Notes: generated by a model not told the origin, from the sequence alone. A DNA stretch of 64,000 nucleotides from Eledone cirrhosa (GCA_964016885.1 OZ024740.1:272614001-272678000); one strand, 5' to 3'. Shown: positions 29,043-45,288, counted from the stretch's first letter. Translations and numbers: made by a program.

Positions 29043-29389
29043 AAAATGGAGAAGTCTCTTTGATTAACAAGTTCGACGATTCAATCGAATTAATAGACTG
29101 CCATTATCACGTGAACATTTTCTTAGCGACATAGTCTGGGTTGAACATTAGATAAATTTATACCATTACATAAATCACTACCTCCTTACAGATAACTAAC
29201 GCTGCACACCAGGTCCGAACACAGAAGAGCCGAACTCCCACACTTATCGCCCCCATCTCTCTCGCCCTCCCCATCTGTATTATGAGAAAATGGGGACCTA
29301 CGTGCTGGCCACCCCGCGGCCCCGGCGGGAAGAATGAGGAAGGCGTTTCCCCGGAAGATGGTAAGGGAGATGCGGTTTATAGAGTGTGA

Positions 29390-31350
29390 TTTAATTTATA
29401 GAAAACAGCACGAAATCATCGAAAACCCACCTTTTAGCAAATGTGTTGGGTGTTAGCACTTCTCTTGCCACTCTCACCTTCCTTTCCAAGTGAAACTTGA
29501 AAAAGTCGATGAGGGATTGGCCGAACAGAAAAGTGTCTGTCTTCAGTCCTTTCAACATGGTGCACCACACTGAGGAAAACTTTCTGCCCTTCCCAGCCAA
29601 AGAAAGGCGATGGAGCGATCTTCACTATGGACTCAGTCGAGAGCTGGATCCGTTCTACACGCGACAATAGCTATTCGACATAACTCCGCAAGTCAGTAAG
29701 GCATGGATCCTGGAGGAGAGCGTGCAGAACAGTTTCGTCACTCTACGCGCATCTCGGGCAGGTCTATCTGACAGCACCTCCGTGCCTGTAGTGTTTATAT
29801 TGAACCGGCAGTGCCACCCAGTAACACTTCCTAGCGACGGATTTCTGGAAGTTATTCATAGAGTGCCTAGCAACATTCCAAATGTCAGGCGCCCAGGTTC
29901 GGTCTTTTCTTGACTCAGGACCGCAGCTCAGTCAAGTTGATGAGCTGTGGGAAGGCCTGTCTCACAAACGGCGACCACACCTGTTTACCGTTTAGGTAGA
30001 ATATCTGGATAAGCCGCAGTCTCGATGCATGTTTGCGCATCATTAGCCACGGTGTGCCCCCCCCCCCCATGTAGAAGTACTGACATCAGATGAAACGCCA
30101 CACCAAGAGAGCCTGTCATCTCCACAAGAAGTTGAAGAGGAGCCGTTCTAATTTGGTGAGGCGCGAACAGGCGCAAGGCACGACGTCTGGCTGTAGTAGT
30201 TAACGGACGCGATGTACGCGTTCGCCACCTTCAGCTGACCTTTCAGGGACAGCATCTCTCCGCCCATTTCTGGGTGAGAGTGGCAACCCTGATCGTGACC
30301 TCGTCCCAATTCTTATCCACTTCGAGGGATGGTCCGATTCAAACCCCGAGCAACCCCGAGCAACCCCGAGTAACCGGACTATGCGTCCAGCGCCCGACGA
30401 CGCTGTTGGACGGCATGGACTTGCCTCTCCAGGTTCCGAGCTGCAAGAACACCGATTTTTCCGGGTTTAGTTTTGTTCCCGTCAAATTTTTATATACCTC
30501 CAGTAGGTGTCGACCACCTTGACTTTCGAAGCTCGCAGGGCAGACTATCCTAACTGGGTGACCTGTGCCTCGTCTCCAGTAGGTGTCGACCACCTTGACT
30601 TTCGAAGCTCGCAGGGCAGACTATCCTAACTGGGTGACTTGTGCCTCGTCTCCAGTAGGTGTCGACCACCTTGACTTTCGAAGCTCGCAGGGCAGACTAT
30701 CCTAACTGGGTGAGTTGTGCCTCGTGCAGCCGACTACGGCATCCAAAATCCCGACTGAAGTTATCCGTCTTGCACAGCGTTCAGCATCGGCTGGCGAGAG
30801 ACAGGGTAATCCGTCGAGGAATGGACTGTAGTCGGCCATTGTCGCTGACTCCTTGTTTGTGCTTTAGGGGAATGTGGGAATGGGGATCTTACCTTGTCTT
30901 CCACCACAGTGGTCAGCGTTGGTGGTGGTCTTTCCGTTGGTGTTGCTGCTGGTAGTTTTGCTGCTGCTGGTGATGGTACTTGCCCCGGCCTTGGCAATAG
31001 TGAAGGCTTACGACCCCTTGCACTTTTGAGCAGAAAAGGGGAGAAGGCGTTGTTTCTCCTCAGACGAAACAGTGCGGCCTCTACGCTCAGTCATTATCTA
31101 AAATGCCGTCGCGTTTTGGAGACAGATGTGTTCCGGAATTTTTCTAAGGTCTTTTCTAACGTCTGATTTAGAGAAGTATCTCTACGTCAACCCCGGACCA
31201 GTCCCTCCTGGCTATTCTGGTGGCCTCAATCTTGACGGCATCTGCCCTCCCGACAATCACGTATCCCAGGAGCCATAACAAGTTCAGTCCTGGTGGAATC
31301 CTTGGAATGCTGACTCGAACTGTTCTTCCCATGTAGGAGGGGTACATTAT
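29390..31350 (-). mobile_element. Internally deleted Tx1-like LINE: ORF1 remnant joined to the ORF2 3' part
   Basis: The minus strand gives MYPSYMGRTVRVSIPRIPP..RPHCFV (ORF1, zinc-knuckle-like), then LLEVYKNLTGTKLNPEKSV..LGTWRGKSMP and FFKFHLERKVRVAREVL. Confidence 0.8.
30498..30725. repeat. Three tandem 76-bp units
   Basis: ctccagtaggtgtcgacc... starts at 30498, 30574 and 30650. Confidence 0.92.
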
Positions 31351-31374
31351 GACTTTAGTAGTTTTGCAAGGGAT

Positions 31375-32857
31375 CAATAAGGCACAAGGCCAGCAATTTG
31401 AAGGGGAGGGGGAAAGTCGATTAAATTGACCCCAGTGCATTACTGGTACTTTATTTATCGATCCCGTAAGGATGAAAGGCAAAGCCAGCCTCAGCGGGAT
31501 CTGAACACAGACCGTAAAGGACCGTAACTCTATGCTGCAAAGCATAGTATCCGATGCTCTACCGATACTGCCAATTCAGCGCCCTATGTTATTAATAATA
31601 ATAATAATTTTCTACTTTTGGAACAAGACCAGCAATTACCCAGTACATTACTGGTAGCTTATTTTATCGACCCCGTAAGAATGAAAGACAAAGGTAACCT
31701 CGGCGGGATCTGAACTCTGACCATAAAGGACACCATGCTTTGCAGCATAGGCGGGATTTGAACTCAAACCGTAAAGGGCCGTAATGATAATAATGACGGT
31801 AATAATTTTAGGGATGTAACAGTCTAGGTGAATGCAAGCTGGTTTCAAAGCTACCTGAGGAAGTCAGAACCACGAAAAAAAATAGCAAATCAAGAAAATA
31901 ATTTAAGAATAAACAAAGCAAATGTGTGCAACACAAAACATCTCGAGGGAAACGAAACATTCCGATGATAATAGAAACGAAATAGTTGCCACGAGGGAGT
32001 ATATGTTAGTTGAGATTTCTATGACACCATTTCTGACATCAGTATTAATTTTACATACCTTACATTGATGGGAGAAAATCTGTGAGTAATTCTTAAAAGT
32101 GTTATTATAAGAATTACTTTTTTAACAGATTGTAAATACCATTGTTCTCAGAAGCAAGAGTAAAACTTTGTTGATATATTTTATCAGAGGTGTTTACTTC
32201 ACATTCACTCACGAATATCGGACTTGTTTATCTAAGCTATTGCGAAAAATAGCGACTAGTGATATAAAAAGGTTTTAGCATTTCCAGTATATCAGACGTA
32301 TTATAAACATTCTAAACCTATTGTTGTCCCAAGTATGCATGGCAAAACGATACCTTAAATCTTTAGAATCGAAAACGGAATTGTGTAAAGAATGAGAATC
32401 TCAGCATGTGCTGCTAATCTATATATTTTACACGATAGTTGTCGGAATGTGTGTATCAGCTTTGTGTTCAGAAATTAGAAAACAAACATCCACGAAATTA
32501 CATATAGTTTATTTTCCAGGTCACTGCAGAGGTAATGGCAACATTTTTGTCATTGTGTAAAGTTGCTGATGGATACAAGTATTGACATTGGATTGTCTCC
32601 GCATTTGTAGTGAAAAATCTGACCATTTTGTCTTGTTATAATGATTTCTACTTTAGGCACAAGGTCAGACATTTGAGGAGAGGGGAAAGTCCATAAAATC
32701 GACCCCAGTGCATTACTGGTGCTTTATTCTATCGACCCCGTAAGGATGAAAAGCAAAGTTAAGCTCGGCGGGATTTGAACTCAGACCGTTAGAGGTCGTA
32801 ACGCCATGCTGCAAAGCATGCCTTCTGACCCTCTACCAATACTGCCAATCCACCACC
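31375..32857 (-). mobile_element. Nin/Deu SINE copies (31375-31583, 31605-31781, 32643-32857)
   Basis: Reverse complement of the 26142 family. Confidence 0.82.
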
Positions 32858-33920
32858 TTGTAACAATAAAGAAACATCAGAAACAAATACACAAACATCA
32901 GACATCTATGAAACGGGAAGAGGATGGTGAAAGAGTGTGGAAAATAAAGTTAAAAGAACAGTCGAATACTTTTAACCGATAAGGAATTATATAAATAAGT
33001 AAAATTAACTCCAAATCAAAGCACTACAGAATACAATACGAACGATCATACATAGAACACAAGGCAAAGGCAAAGCAACGTATGGAAAGAAGTAACAGTA
33101 CATAATGTATAAACAACTCTAAACTTAACACTGCGACGTAATATTGATAGAAAAGGTTCATTAGTGCAGTACAAGGAAATGAATGCATTGACATAGGAAA
33201 TACAATAGACAGAATTAAATAAACGTTTGAAGAGATAAATCTAATATAAATTGAAGAATAAAATGCCTTTGCGGTCTTGTCCACGGAACAGGGCCCCACC
33301 ACCGCCACGCCCAAGACTTAGAGCCAATCCCCCCCCTCTTCTCTTCCCATTCTTCTGTGACCCCAGAGCACTTGCCCTTCCTTTCATTTTCCGTTTTTTT
33401 TAAATATCTGTAGTGTTGTTATTTGAAATAGATTTGTTTAATGGTTTTCTTGATTTTAAACCTGTAAATGTCTTAGAAGGAAAATTGATTGTGACATCGA
33501 TCTGTATGGCTGTCTATCTGAATTACAAGATATATTTATTGTCTGATTAAATAAAAACACATTTTTCTATAGCCCCCCCCCCCCCCAAAAAAAAAAGAAA
33601 AAAACAACAACAAAACACATAAAAAAACTATATACTATTATACAATAAAACAAGTGAGAGCCATAGTCAAATAAATTACATGCAATCACGGATCAATTAA
33701 ATAAAATACATAAAGCGTTCTTCAGTAAATAGTATACGGCATATGGTATGTTGTAACCAGTGTCTTAATCTTTGTCATGTAATTCCTGATGGAGTCCTAG
33801 CGGCGTTGTGTAGTGGCATACGGCGTTTCTTCGGCATTTTAAAGCTTGGTGGAGCCCATGTCTCTCCAGGTCTCAATACAGCAGATTACTTCAAGAGAAG
33901 GATAGTAGAAAGTGTATGTA

Positions 33921-33966
<46 letters not shown>

Positions 33967-34166
33967 GGTGAGAAAGTGATATAGAGAAAAGATCGGCCAC
34001 GGTAGATGACTGGTACTTTTTTTTATTGACTGCGAATGGATGGAAGGCAAAGTTTACCTCAACTAGATATGAACTCAGATAGTAGAGTGTTGAAACGAAT
34101 ACGACGAAGGATTCTATCTGATATTCTACCAATTCGTTGCCTAGTAACCAGTGTAATGGTATCAAA

Positions 34167-34385
34167 GGAACGATCGACTTTCGTCAAATCGGACCGAGGG
34201 AACAATGTTTCCGTTGGTCTTCCCAATTGCTAATACTAACTATCGGTCGCAACTCCAGGTAGAAGGAGCAACGTGAAATAAAGTGTCTTGCTCAAGGACA
34301 TAACGCATCGACTGGTCCAGGAATCGAACTCACAACCTTACGATTGCGAATCCAATTCTCTAACCACTCAGCCACACGCCTTCAC
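34167..34385 (-). mobile_element. tRNA-derived CORE-type SINE (also at 45462-45670 on +; 3' fragment 22233-22310)
   Basis: tggctgagtggttag..gagttcgattcc..gtccttgagcaagacactttatttcacgttgctcc. Confidence 0.8.
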
Positions 34386-34592
34386 AAAATGGTATCAAAA
34401 TAAGAGAGAAACATCGGATATAATAGGGCAACAGATTTAATAGGAGATACTTGTCGAGAAAAACTATATAGCTGAAATAAGTAAAATCCAAAATAACAGT
34501 ATGAAAGCTATTTGAAGAAAAGGTTATTGTAAATCACACCAGTTTCAGTAATTGACGTACCTTTCAATTAGATATTATATGTGTATATATAT

Positions 34593-36380
34593 AGGGCAGT
34601 GGATTGGCGGTATCGGTAGAGGGTTAGACGCCATGTTTTCTAGCATAGTTACGTCCCTTTATGGTCTGAGTTCAAATCCCGCCGAGGTTAACTTTGCCTT
34701 TCATCCTTTCGGGGTCGATAAAATAAAGTACCAGTAATGTACTGATTAATTGCTCGCCTTGTGCCAAAAGTAGAAACAATTATATGTGTATATATATAGG
34801 GCGGTGAATTGGCAGCATCGGTAGAGGGTTAGACGCCATGTTTTCTAGCATAGTTACGTCCCTCTATGGTCTAAGTTCAAATCCCGCCGAGGTTAACTTT
34901 GCCTTTCATCCTTACGGGGTCGATAAAATAAAGTACCAGTAATGTACTGGGTAACTGCTGGGCTTGTGTCAAAAGTAGAAACAATTATATGTATATATAT
35001 GGTGGATTGGCAGTATCGGTAGATGGTCGGACGCACAGAGTTATGGCCCTTAACGGTCTGATTTCAAATCCCGCCGAGGTTAACTTTGCCTTTCATCCTT
35101 TCGGGGTCGATAAAATAAAGTACCAGTAATGTACTGGTTAATTGCTGGGCTTGTGCCAAAAGTAGAAACAATTATATGTGTATATATATAGGGCGGTGAA
35201 TTGGCAGCATCGGTAGAGGGTTAGACGCCATGTTTTCTAGCATAGTTACATCCCTCTATGGTCTGAGTTCAAATCCCGCCGAGGTTAACTTTGCCTTTCA
35301 TCCTTACGGGGTCGATAAAATAAAGTACCAGTAATGTACTGGGTATTTGCTGGGCTTGTGTCAAAAGTAGAAACAATTATATGTATATATGGACTGGAAA
35401 GTCTCGAGGGAGTCGTAGGGGCGCTGTATTTTAAACCTGACAGGACCCATCTCCTCTCCAGGTCTGAATACAGCAGATTTCTCCAGAGAAAGATAGAGGG
35501 TGAGAGAATGGCAGTGAGAAAGAGACATAGAGGGAGAGTCGATCCAGTATTTGACTGGTAGTTATTTTCTATCGACCATGAATGGATGAACGGCAAAGTT
35601 GACCTCGGCAAAGTTGACCTCGGCAAAGTTGACCTCGGCAAGATTTGAACTCAGGGAACAGAGAGCCGAAATGAATACTGCAAAGAATTATATCCAACGT
35701 TCTAACGACTCTGTTAATTCGCCGCCTTCTGATTTAAGCACAAGACCAACAATTTTGGAGGAGGGGAAAGTCGATCAAATTGTCCCCAGTGCGTTACTGA
35801 TATTGTATTTTATCGACCTCCTAAGGGTAAAAGGCAATGCTTAACCTCGGTGAGATTTAACCTCAGAACGTAAACGCCCGTAATTATATGCCACCAGGCA
35901 TAGTGTCCGACGCTCTAGCGATATTGGCAATCCAACGCCGTTATCATTAGCAAAATAATGATTTCTACTTTAGGCACAAGGCCAGTAAGTTGAAGGAGGG
36001 GAAAGTCGATTAAATCGACCCAGTGCATTACTGGTGCTTTACTTTATCGACCCGCGTAAGGATGAAAGGCAAAGCTAACCTCGGCGGGATTTGAATTCAG
36101 AACGTAAAAGGCCATAACTCGATGCCGCTATGCATGTTGTCCGACGCTCAACCGATTCTGCCAATCCACCGCTTTATCATTAGGAAAATAATTGTTTCTA
36201 CTTTAGGCAGAAGGCCAGCAATTAACCAGTGCATTACTGGTACTTTATTTTATCGACCCCCGTAAGGATGAAAGGCAAAGTTAACCTCGGCGGGATTTGA
36301 ACTCAGATCATACAGGGAGGTAACTCTATGCTTCAAAGCATGGCGTCCGACCCTCAACCGATACTGTCAATCCACGGCCT
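34593..36380. mobile_element. Nin/Deu SINE cluster: four head-to-tail + copies (34593-35385) and about four - copies (35540-36380)
   Basis: Repeated consensus with shared spacer attatatgt(g)tatatata. Confidence 0.88.
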
Positions 36381-37030
36381 ATCATTAGCAAAATAATAAA
36401 ATAGATTAAACCTATTTCCTTCTTTATGTTATAAAAGTTAGCAAACACACAATATCGTCAAATTGAAGTAAGGAATTCACATTCCGAATAGAAATTTTAT
36501 TTGTTTTCCCATGTGTGAATCTTTATTGAATCAGGTTTATCATCATCGACATGTGGACCTGTTGACATAACGTAAATGTCTACATATATGTTGTTAATAC
36601 CTTTGGGGGAAGGAATGAAGTTTAAAAGACTAGAGTTCATTTCTAAACATCTGATTCTTACATCTGATTCTTGAGTTTAATCAAATGGAATTAAACTGTA
36701 TATGATATGAATTACATCTTGTGTTGCGTCAAAGGAAAATCAATAATTTTTTCAAAGGGTGTCGAGTGCCGTTGTATGGTTTATAAGCTGTTTGTCCGGC
36801 TAAATGAGGCTGCGACTAAATGTGTATGAATAAGAGATTATATAAGAGTACATACAGTTGTGTACTTCACAGTGGTGAATTTAAATGCCACTGTAATAGA
36901 AGCAATCTTCTATCTCTTTTCCATCAAATATTTAGCAAAAATATGCATAACATCAAGTCAAAGATCTTGTTTGTTTTATTAAACTATATTGTTAAGTGAA
37001 AACACACAGACATACACTTCTCTCTCTCTC

Positions 37031-37094
<64 letters not shown>

Positions 37095-37370
37095 TAATTA
37101 AAGAGGAACGCACGAGACAAAGAAAATGGAAATAACGAACTATCCCTTCTCTATATACATACATATATATTTAATATAATTGTTTCTACTTTTGGCACAA
37201 GGTCAGCAATTACCCAGTGCATTACTGGTACTTTATTTTATCGACCACGTAAGGATGAAAGGCAAAGTCAACCATATATATTTAATATAATATAATATAA
37301 AATTATATATATATCTAATATATATATCTATATATGTGTGTATATGTATGTATGTATATATATATATATG

Positions 37371-37456
<86 letters not shown>

Positions 37457-37467
37457 CAGAGAAAGAA

Positions 37468-37537
<70 letters not shown>

Positions 37538-38082
37538 TAAGAGATTACAGACAATGGAAAGTATTTACTAATGATATGCAAGAACTATTCGTTTGATTAG
37601 CGAGGTCATTGACAGACATCCTGTTATATATTAACCACAGGATATACTTCAAACAATTTCCTCTTATTTTAAATGATAGAAATAATTTCTACCACCTTTG
37701 ATGAGAGAAAGAGTCAAAGGCACCTTGTGAAATACTGGTGCACAGTATCAAATAAATTGCTTTCATCCATACGTCAAATCAATTTTCAAATGCGGGCATA
37801 AGATCTATAACCTATGCAAATCTAGTAACTGATTCATGTTGGCCATCTGAGAGGTTTCCTTCCTGGAATAAGCATTTCGACAAATTATCATACGAATCAA
37901 GGGGTCTACATAGAATAATGCTAACTGCTATTTAAATATTTGATTCACGCTTATTCATCATCTTAAACATACAATTTCTGTTTGCCTCAGAATGTTATAA
38001 TGCTCTACTAATACTGATATATTTTCAGATATAAAACAGAGCATGTTCTGGATTGAGGAGAGAAATAAATAGATAGATAGAT

Positions 38083-38154
<72 letters not shown>

Positions 38155-39439
38155 GAGGGAGAGAGAGAAAGAGAAAGGAGAGAGAAACGGTGATTATCGA
38201 GAGGGCATCAAATTAAATATTTCCTAAGTACTCGTGGCCCCAAAGATTTTACACCATTTAAATATTTGAGATTATTCAAGATGACTCTTTATTGTGATTT
38301 TCAGGTCAACATAATAAGCATGAGCTCTATCATATTTATATTCCGTTGCCGCAGTTCTGGGATGTTTCCAAAGATTTCGTTAGTAAATACACCGCAGAAG
38401 AATTGGTTTTGAGATTTAGCTTTTTAATCTAAAAAAGAAAATTCTGTAAAAATATTTACATCAAGCATGTATTAGATACTTATAATTTATTGCTATTAAT
38501 ATTACTGAAATAAGCTCAAACTAAAAACTTATTCATTTTCTATTAACGAAAACCAACAGCGCTAATCATTTCTCCGCCAAAATATCATATTAATATTGTA
38601 AGTTATGAGGGATTTTTAAATATTTATTTCAAAAGTATAGTTGACTCATAAATCAAACTTTTCAACAGAATGTTCCGTTCTAAAATTATCAATTGGATAA
38701 ACATTAAAAAGAAATATAGTGTCATATATCGGTCGGTATAACAAGTAAAATATAAATAAAATAAAAATACAAATTAGAAGAAGAAAAAAAATCAGAATTA
38801 AAAGAAAAAGAAAGATATATGCTGCAACTATTCAACACATAAATATTAGTTGGATTGCAATTAAAAACAGATGTGATATTAAAGTATATCAATATCGGTC
38901 AGATAGTAATTTAAAATAAATGAATATATAAATAAATATATAAAAATGAAATATAAATGCTAACATTGTACATTGTAATGTTAACGTCTATATACATAAC
39001 AGCATTTATTAATTATAAACTCAGAGCATGATTAATAAAGGCTATTATGTTGATCGTGTAAATATCGGTCACTTGTGAACAGAATCCTGGAGGCCTTTAA
39101 TAAATAGCTCCAGTACATAAAGTATAATTCATTTAGTTCAATGGCTCTCAACCTTTTTTTTTTTACCTATGGACTCTCTAGCTTGGGTACACTGGGCAAC
39201 AAGTGGACAGGAGATAAGTGGACTTTATTATCTATGTTTCTGCTTGTTCTCTACTACCTTTTAGTTGAGTTGGAATTAGCAAATTTGTCGGTGGGCTATT
39301 TCTAGCGTGCTTCCGACCTGTCATCGATCCCCTTGTTGCCATGTTTAGCCAAGTCATCTCATAACGCATGCCTGCTTTATTAAGACGACGTATGTGGTAA
39401 GTAGTCTTTGCTTGCATCACAGGGGTGAATCTTTTCTTA

Positions 39440-40908
<1,469 letters not shown>

Positions 40909-42483
40909 TGTGTGTATGCGTGCTATAAATAAGTCAATAATATAATCCGGAATAATTTATTCCTAATTAGAATTGTCTGAGCGGGTGTAAGGTCTACAGT
41001 TAATTCCTGTAATTAAGTGACTTCCGATTGACATTCATGCAAACAGAAAACATGAATTAACCGTATCCCTTGCCCCACAAGAAAAGTTACTAAATCTATG
41101 AGAGTCGTAATGGGATTTAAAGTGAGGGGGTTATCATGGATGAAATGGTGAATGGCAGTAATAGTGTCTCTAGGCAATACGGGCAATGTCACCATTGAAT
41201 TTGATGAAGATCCGTCTCTAATGTATGGAGAGGATGATAACTTGTGCTAAGGGAGTCGCGTTTCAACTACAATAATGGTGGTGGTGGTTACTGTATACTA
41301 AATTCCTTTCCTTATGTATGATTCACACGAAGCTATGGATGAAGGCTTTTGACTAACGTGTCGCGCAGTCGGATCGAACTCGGAAACGCATGATTTCGAA
41401 TCATACTCTCTGGATAGACATAAATGCATGCATTTCATACATCAAGATAAGCAAAATAACGCTTAATGGTCTGAATATGTTGAGTTGCTTTCTTATTCTA
41501 AAATGTTCTTCAGACATTGTGTTTATCCAATTTGTTCTTCATTTTAAAGAGTATAGTTTACCATTTTAGGTAGCATTAGCAGTAGTATGTAGCCGACCAA
41601 CTGATAACGTTAAGGTATAGTTGTTGAAGTTGATGACATTTTCTTAGATGCTACAGCTGATGATAATAACATTATTGCAAGAATTGAATAGTCGAGGTAA
41701 AATTTCACTCATCTTGTTAAAATTGGTAGCCAAAGTTCCTTGTAGTGCAATACCTCTACCGTAAAAAACAAGACAAAAACAAAAAAGAAACATAAAGACA
41801 CATTTGATAGCACCAGATACCTCTAAAAAGACAATGATTGTCTCGAACAAAATATTTCTGAACATTGGTCTACTTAATCAAATTTAACTTTGCACCTTTA
41901 TTCACGTGTCAGTAATCAACATAAACCATATGCACACCCAAATGTCTTTTGTGGTTATGAAAACGGAAAAGGAATGGAAAGGCAAGAGCACTAGGGTCAC
42001 AGAAGAATGGTGAGGGAGAAGGGGGGGGGGGGAGAATAGGGGAGAAGAGGCTCGGTGGTATTGCACTAAACAATAAGAACATCATCATAAACGACAACCC
42101 TAGACAACCCAATCTCCTGTTTCGCCCACTGATCTTTCCGATAAAGATATCAGCCACCTTATCGGAATCAGCCATTAATGATGTAATAGTTATGTATGTA
42201 TGTGGAGTTCTTTTTAAAGTAAATTTCAAATAGCTCTTTGATATCAGTTGATGAGACCCTTGAATAATATCAATTCTGGTTCATAATAAATTGATTTGCC
42301 CGGTGATGTTTATTTATTTATTATTCTATTTATTGCAGCTTATTTTTAAATCGAAGGCGAGACATAATGTTGACTTACAAATATTCTTACTGTTGTGTAA
42401 ATAAAAAAAAATCGTTACCATCATTCTTCTTCCTTCTCATCACCCCCACCAAAACCATCATCATCATCATCTTCATCACTACA

Positions 42484-42615
<132 letters not shown>

Positions 42616-43183
42616 ACGGTTTCTTTAACAATAATAAGAATAATACTAACAATAATTACTATTATTATTTTTTTATTAACATTTCCCTTTATTTCTTTTT
42701 AATTATCAAATCAAATGGATAGTGCTTAATGATTGTTAGATAAGCCAAAGGCAAGTCATGACTCCATCAGCACCGTGTTATCTTCGCAGATATCTGCACA
42801 CGCCATGTTGTAGTAGTGGTAGGTGGTGTCTTGCAGAAAGTCCCCAATGGTTTCCTTTGCTTCGTGACTCTTTCTGATAAGCTTATTTCCCCCATTTCTA
42901 TAATATGAAAGGGTCGAGTATTTGTTTCATTTTTTGTTTCTTTTGTTTTTCTATAGTAATTTCTTCCATATGCTCTTGTTTCTTTGAGAAAACCAGAACA
43001 ATGCAGTTAGGATAATGGGGTTATGTTGTTGCTATTGTTTTAAACGCTACAAAATGTTCCTTAATAACCTTAATATTGGAGATCTTTTTTTTCTTTTCGA
43101 TGTTGTTATATTTAAATTCATTTAACTAGAACATATCCACAACTGTTGGTCATAAGATAACAATATAATTAACATTATTAAAG

Positions 43184-43580
43184 AGCGGTGGATTGGCAGT
43201 ATCGGGTTGGAGGCCATGTTTGCCAGCATAGAGTTATGCCCCTTTACAGTTTGAGTTCAAATACAGCCGAGTTTAACTTTGCCTTTCATCCTTACGGGGG
43301 TCGATAAAATAAGGTACCAGTAATGCACTGGAGTAATTGCTGGCCTTGAGCCAAAAGTAGAAACAATTATTTATATATTAGACGAAAAGAGCGGTGGATT
43401 GGCAGTATCAGTAGAGCGCCAGACACCATGCTTTGCAGCATAGAGTTACGGTCCTTTATGATCTGAGTTCAAATCCCACCGTGGTTAACTTTGCCTTTCA
43501 TCCTTACGGAGTCGATAAAATAAAGCACCAGTAATGCACTGGGGTAATTGCTGACCTTGTGCCAACAGTAGAAACAATTA
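43184..43580 (+). mobile_element. Two tandem Nin/Deu SINEs
   Basis: Consensus matches at 43184-43370 and 43390-43580. Confidence 0.85.
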
Positions 43581-43672
43581 TTTATGTATTAGGGGGAAAC
43601 GAGCCAACCCCACCTTCATGAAGTGTTTATCGGAAAAGTATTTGTTACAATGCTTTGCTAACGAGGCTCTGT

Positions 43673-44206
43673 TACGAAAAAAGCAAAAACAAAAACCAAC
43701 ATATTGTTGAACGATAATATATATGAATACATACATACACACATAAATACATACATAAATACGTACATACATGCATGCATATATACATACATGCATGCAT
43801 TCATACATACGTGCATACATACACAAATAAATTTATACATAATACATACAGGCATGCATATATAGATAGATACATTCATCCATCCATATATAAATACATA
43901 CATACACATACATACACTTATACACATACATACACATGTATGCATGCATGTATGTATGTGTATAAGTGTATGTATGTGTATGTATGTATTTATATATGGA
44001 TGGATGAATGTATCTATCTATATATGCATGCCTGTATGTATTATGTATAAATTTGTGTATGTATGCACGTATGTATGAATGCATGCATGTATGTATATAT
44101 GCATGCATGTATGTACGTATTTATGTATGCATTTATGTGTGTATGTATGTATTCATATATATTATCGTTCAACAACATGTTGGTTTTTGTTTTTGCTTTT
44201 TTCGTA
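43673..44206. repeat. ~530-bp near-perfect palindrome
   Basis: tacgaaaaaagcaaaaacaaaaaccaac... mirrors ...gttggtttttgtttttgcttttttcgta; centre ~43940. Confidence 0.9.
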
Positions 44207-44278
<72 letters not shown>

Positions 44279-44279
44279 G

Positions 44280-44491
44280 TGGTAGAACACTGGAAGGTAA
44301 TATCCGTAGCGGTAGAGCACTCAGTCCATGTATGAGCTAGGTAGAAGTGGTTATACAACAGTTAGTTCACCATGCCGAGAATAATTGTTTCACCTTAGCG
44401 GATCCTCAGCTCGTAATCGGATTACGAGCTGAGGATCCGCTAAGATGAAACAATTATTTTCGGCATGGTGAACTAACTGTTGTATAACCAC

Positions 44492-44495
<4 letters not shown>
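44280..44495 (+). mobile_element. Family H fold-back with hammerheads (44425-44462 +, 44376-44413 -)
   Basis: cgag CTGAGGA tcc-gctaa-ggt GAAA caatta TT ctcg (left arm, - strand). Arms are ~75 bp. Confidence 0.8.
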
Positions 44496-44535
<40 letters not shown>

Positions 44536-44868
44536 GTATATACGTATATACGCACGCGTTTACCATAAATGTTTCATAACTATCGCATATTTGGCGACCA
44601 TGATGCTATATGAGGATGAAGAGGAGGAGGAAAAGGAGGAGGTGGAGAATAATAATAATAAATAACGTATTTTCTCTCAGCCATGTGTTTGCTATTCATA
44701 ATCAGTGTTGATAGATTTCCTCTGTTTCTTTATGTAATAATCACTTTTAGACTTACCCAATTGGACAAATGCACTTCGCTGAAGAGGTCTAATACGACTG
44801 ACACGGGTCCATTGCTTTCACCATTTCCTTTTGTAGAACATCTATTTTGGTCACAAAATTGTTTATCC

Positions 44869-44906
<38 letters not shown>

Positions 44907-44909
<3 letters not shown>

Positions 44910-45096
44910 AAAATGTTCAAGACCCCGACGGCAGAGCTCAAGGTGTTTTGACGGCTATTTATGAAATAGCCGTCGAAATGGCTTAAGCTCTGCCGTCGGG
45001 GTCTTGAACATTTTCCTATTACCCACTCTACTACCCTAAGTATTGAGTACTCTGGTGCGTTATGGTCCACTTGGTTCCTTACCACACTTCCTTCGT

Positions 45097-45097
<1 letters not shown>
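44907..45097 (+). mobile_element. Family A fold-back
   Basis: Centre gacggctattt-at-gaaatagccgtc; tail ends cttcgtta(TA)n. Confidence 0.85.
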
Positions 45098-45128
<31 letters not shown>

Positions 45129-45288
45129 AAATTAGGATTGGTGCTCTGAAATACCGATGTATACATGAATGTATGTATAATATATCTGGCGATATAGTGT
45201 ATTTTTAATTAAACACATTTTGAAGACCTTCCGCTATTATTTCAAAGTAGTGACTATGTCACTTCTTTTTACAACAAGGGAAGGGAGA

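Noticed and set aside
30498-30725. CRISPR-like repeat
   Set aside because: No unique spacers, eukaryotic context, and the repeat lies inside a LINE.
37814-37821. Isolated ATGCAAAT octamer
   Set aside because: No PSE-like or TATA element at the spacing seen in the repeats.
40950-42360. Possible host exons or conserved non-coding elements in unique sequence (also 37560-38060 and 61800-62780)
   Set aside because: No recognisable protein motif or convincing splice structure; it needs RNA-seq or cross-species alignment.
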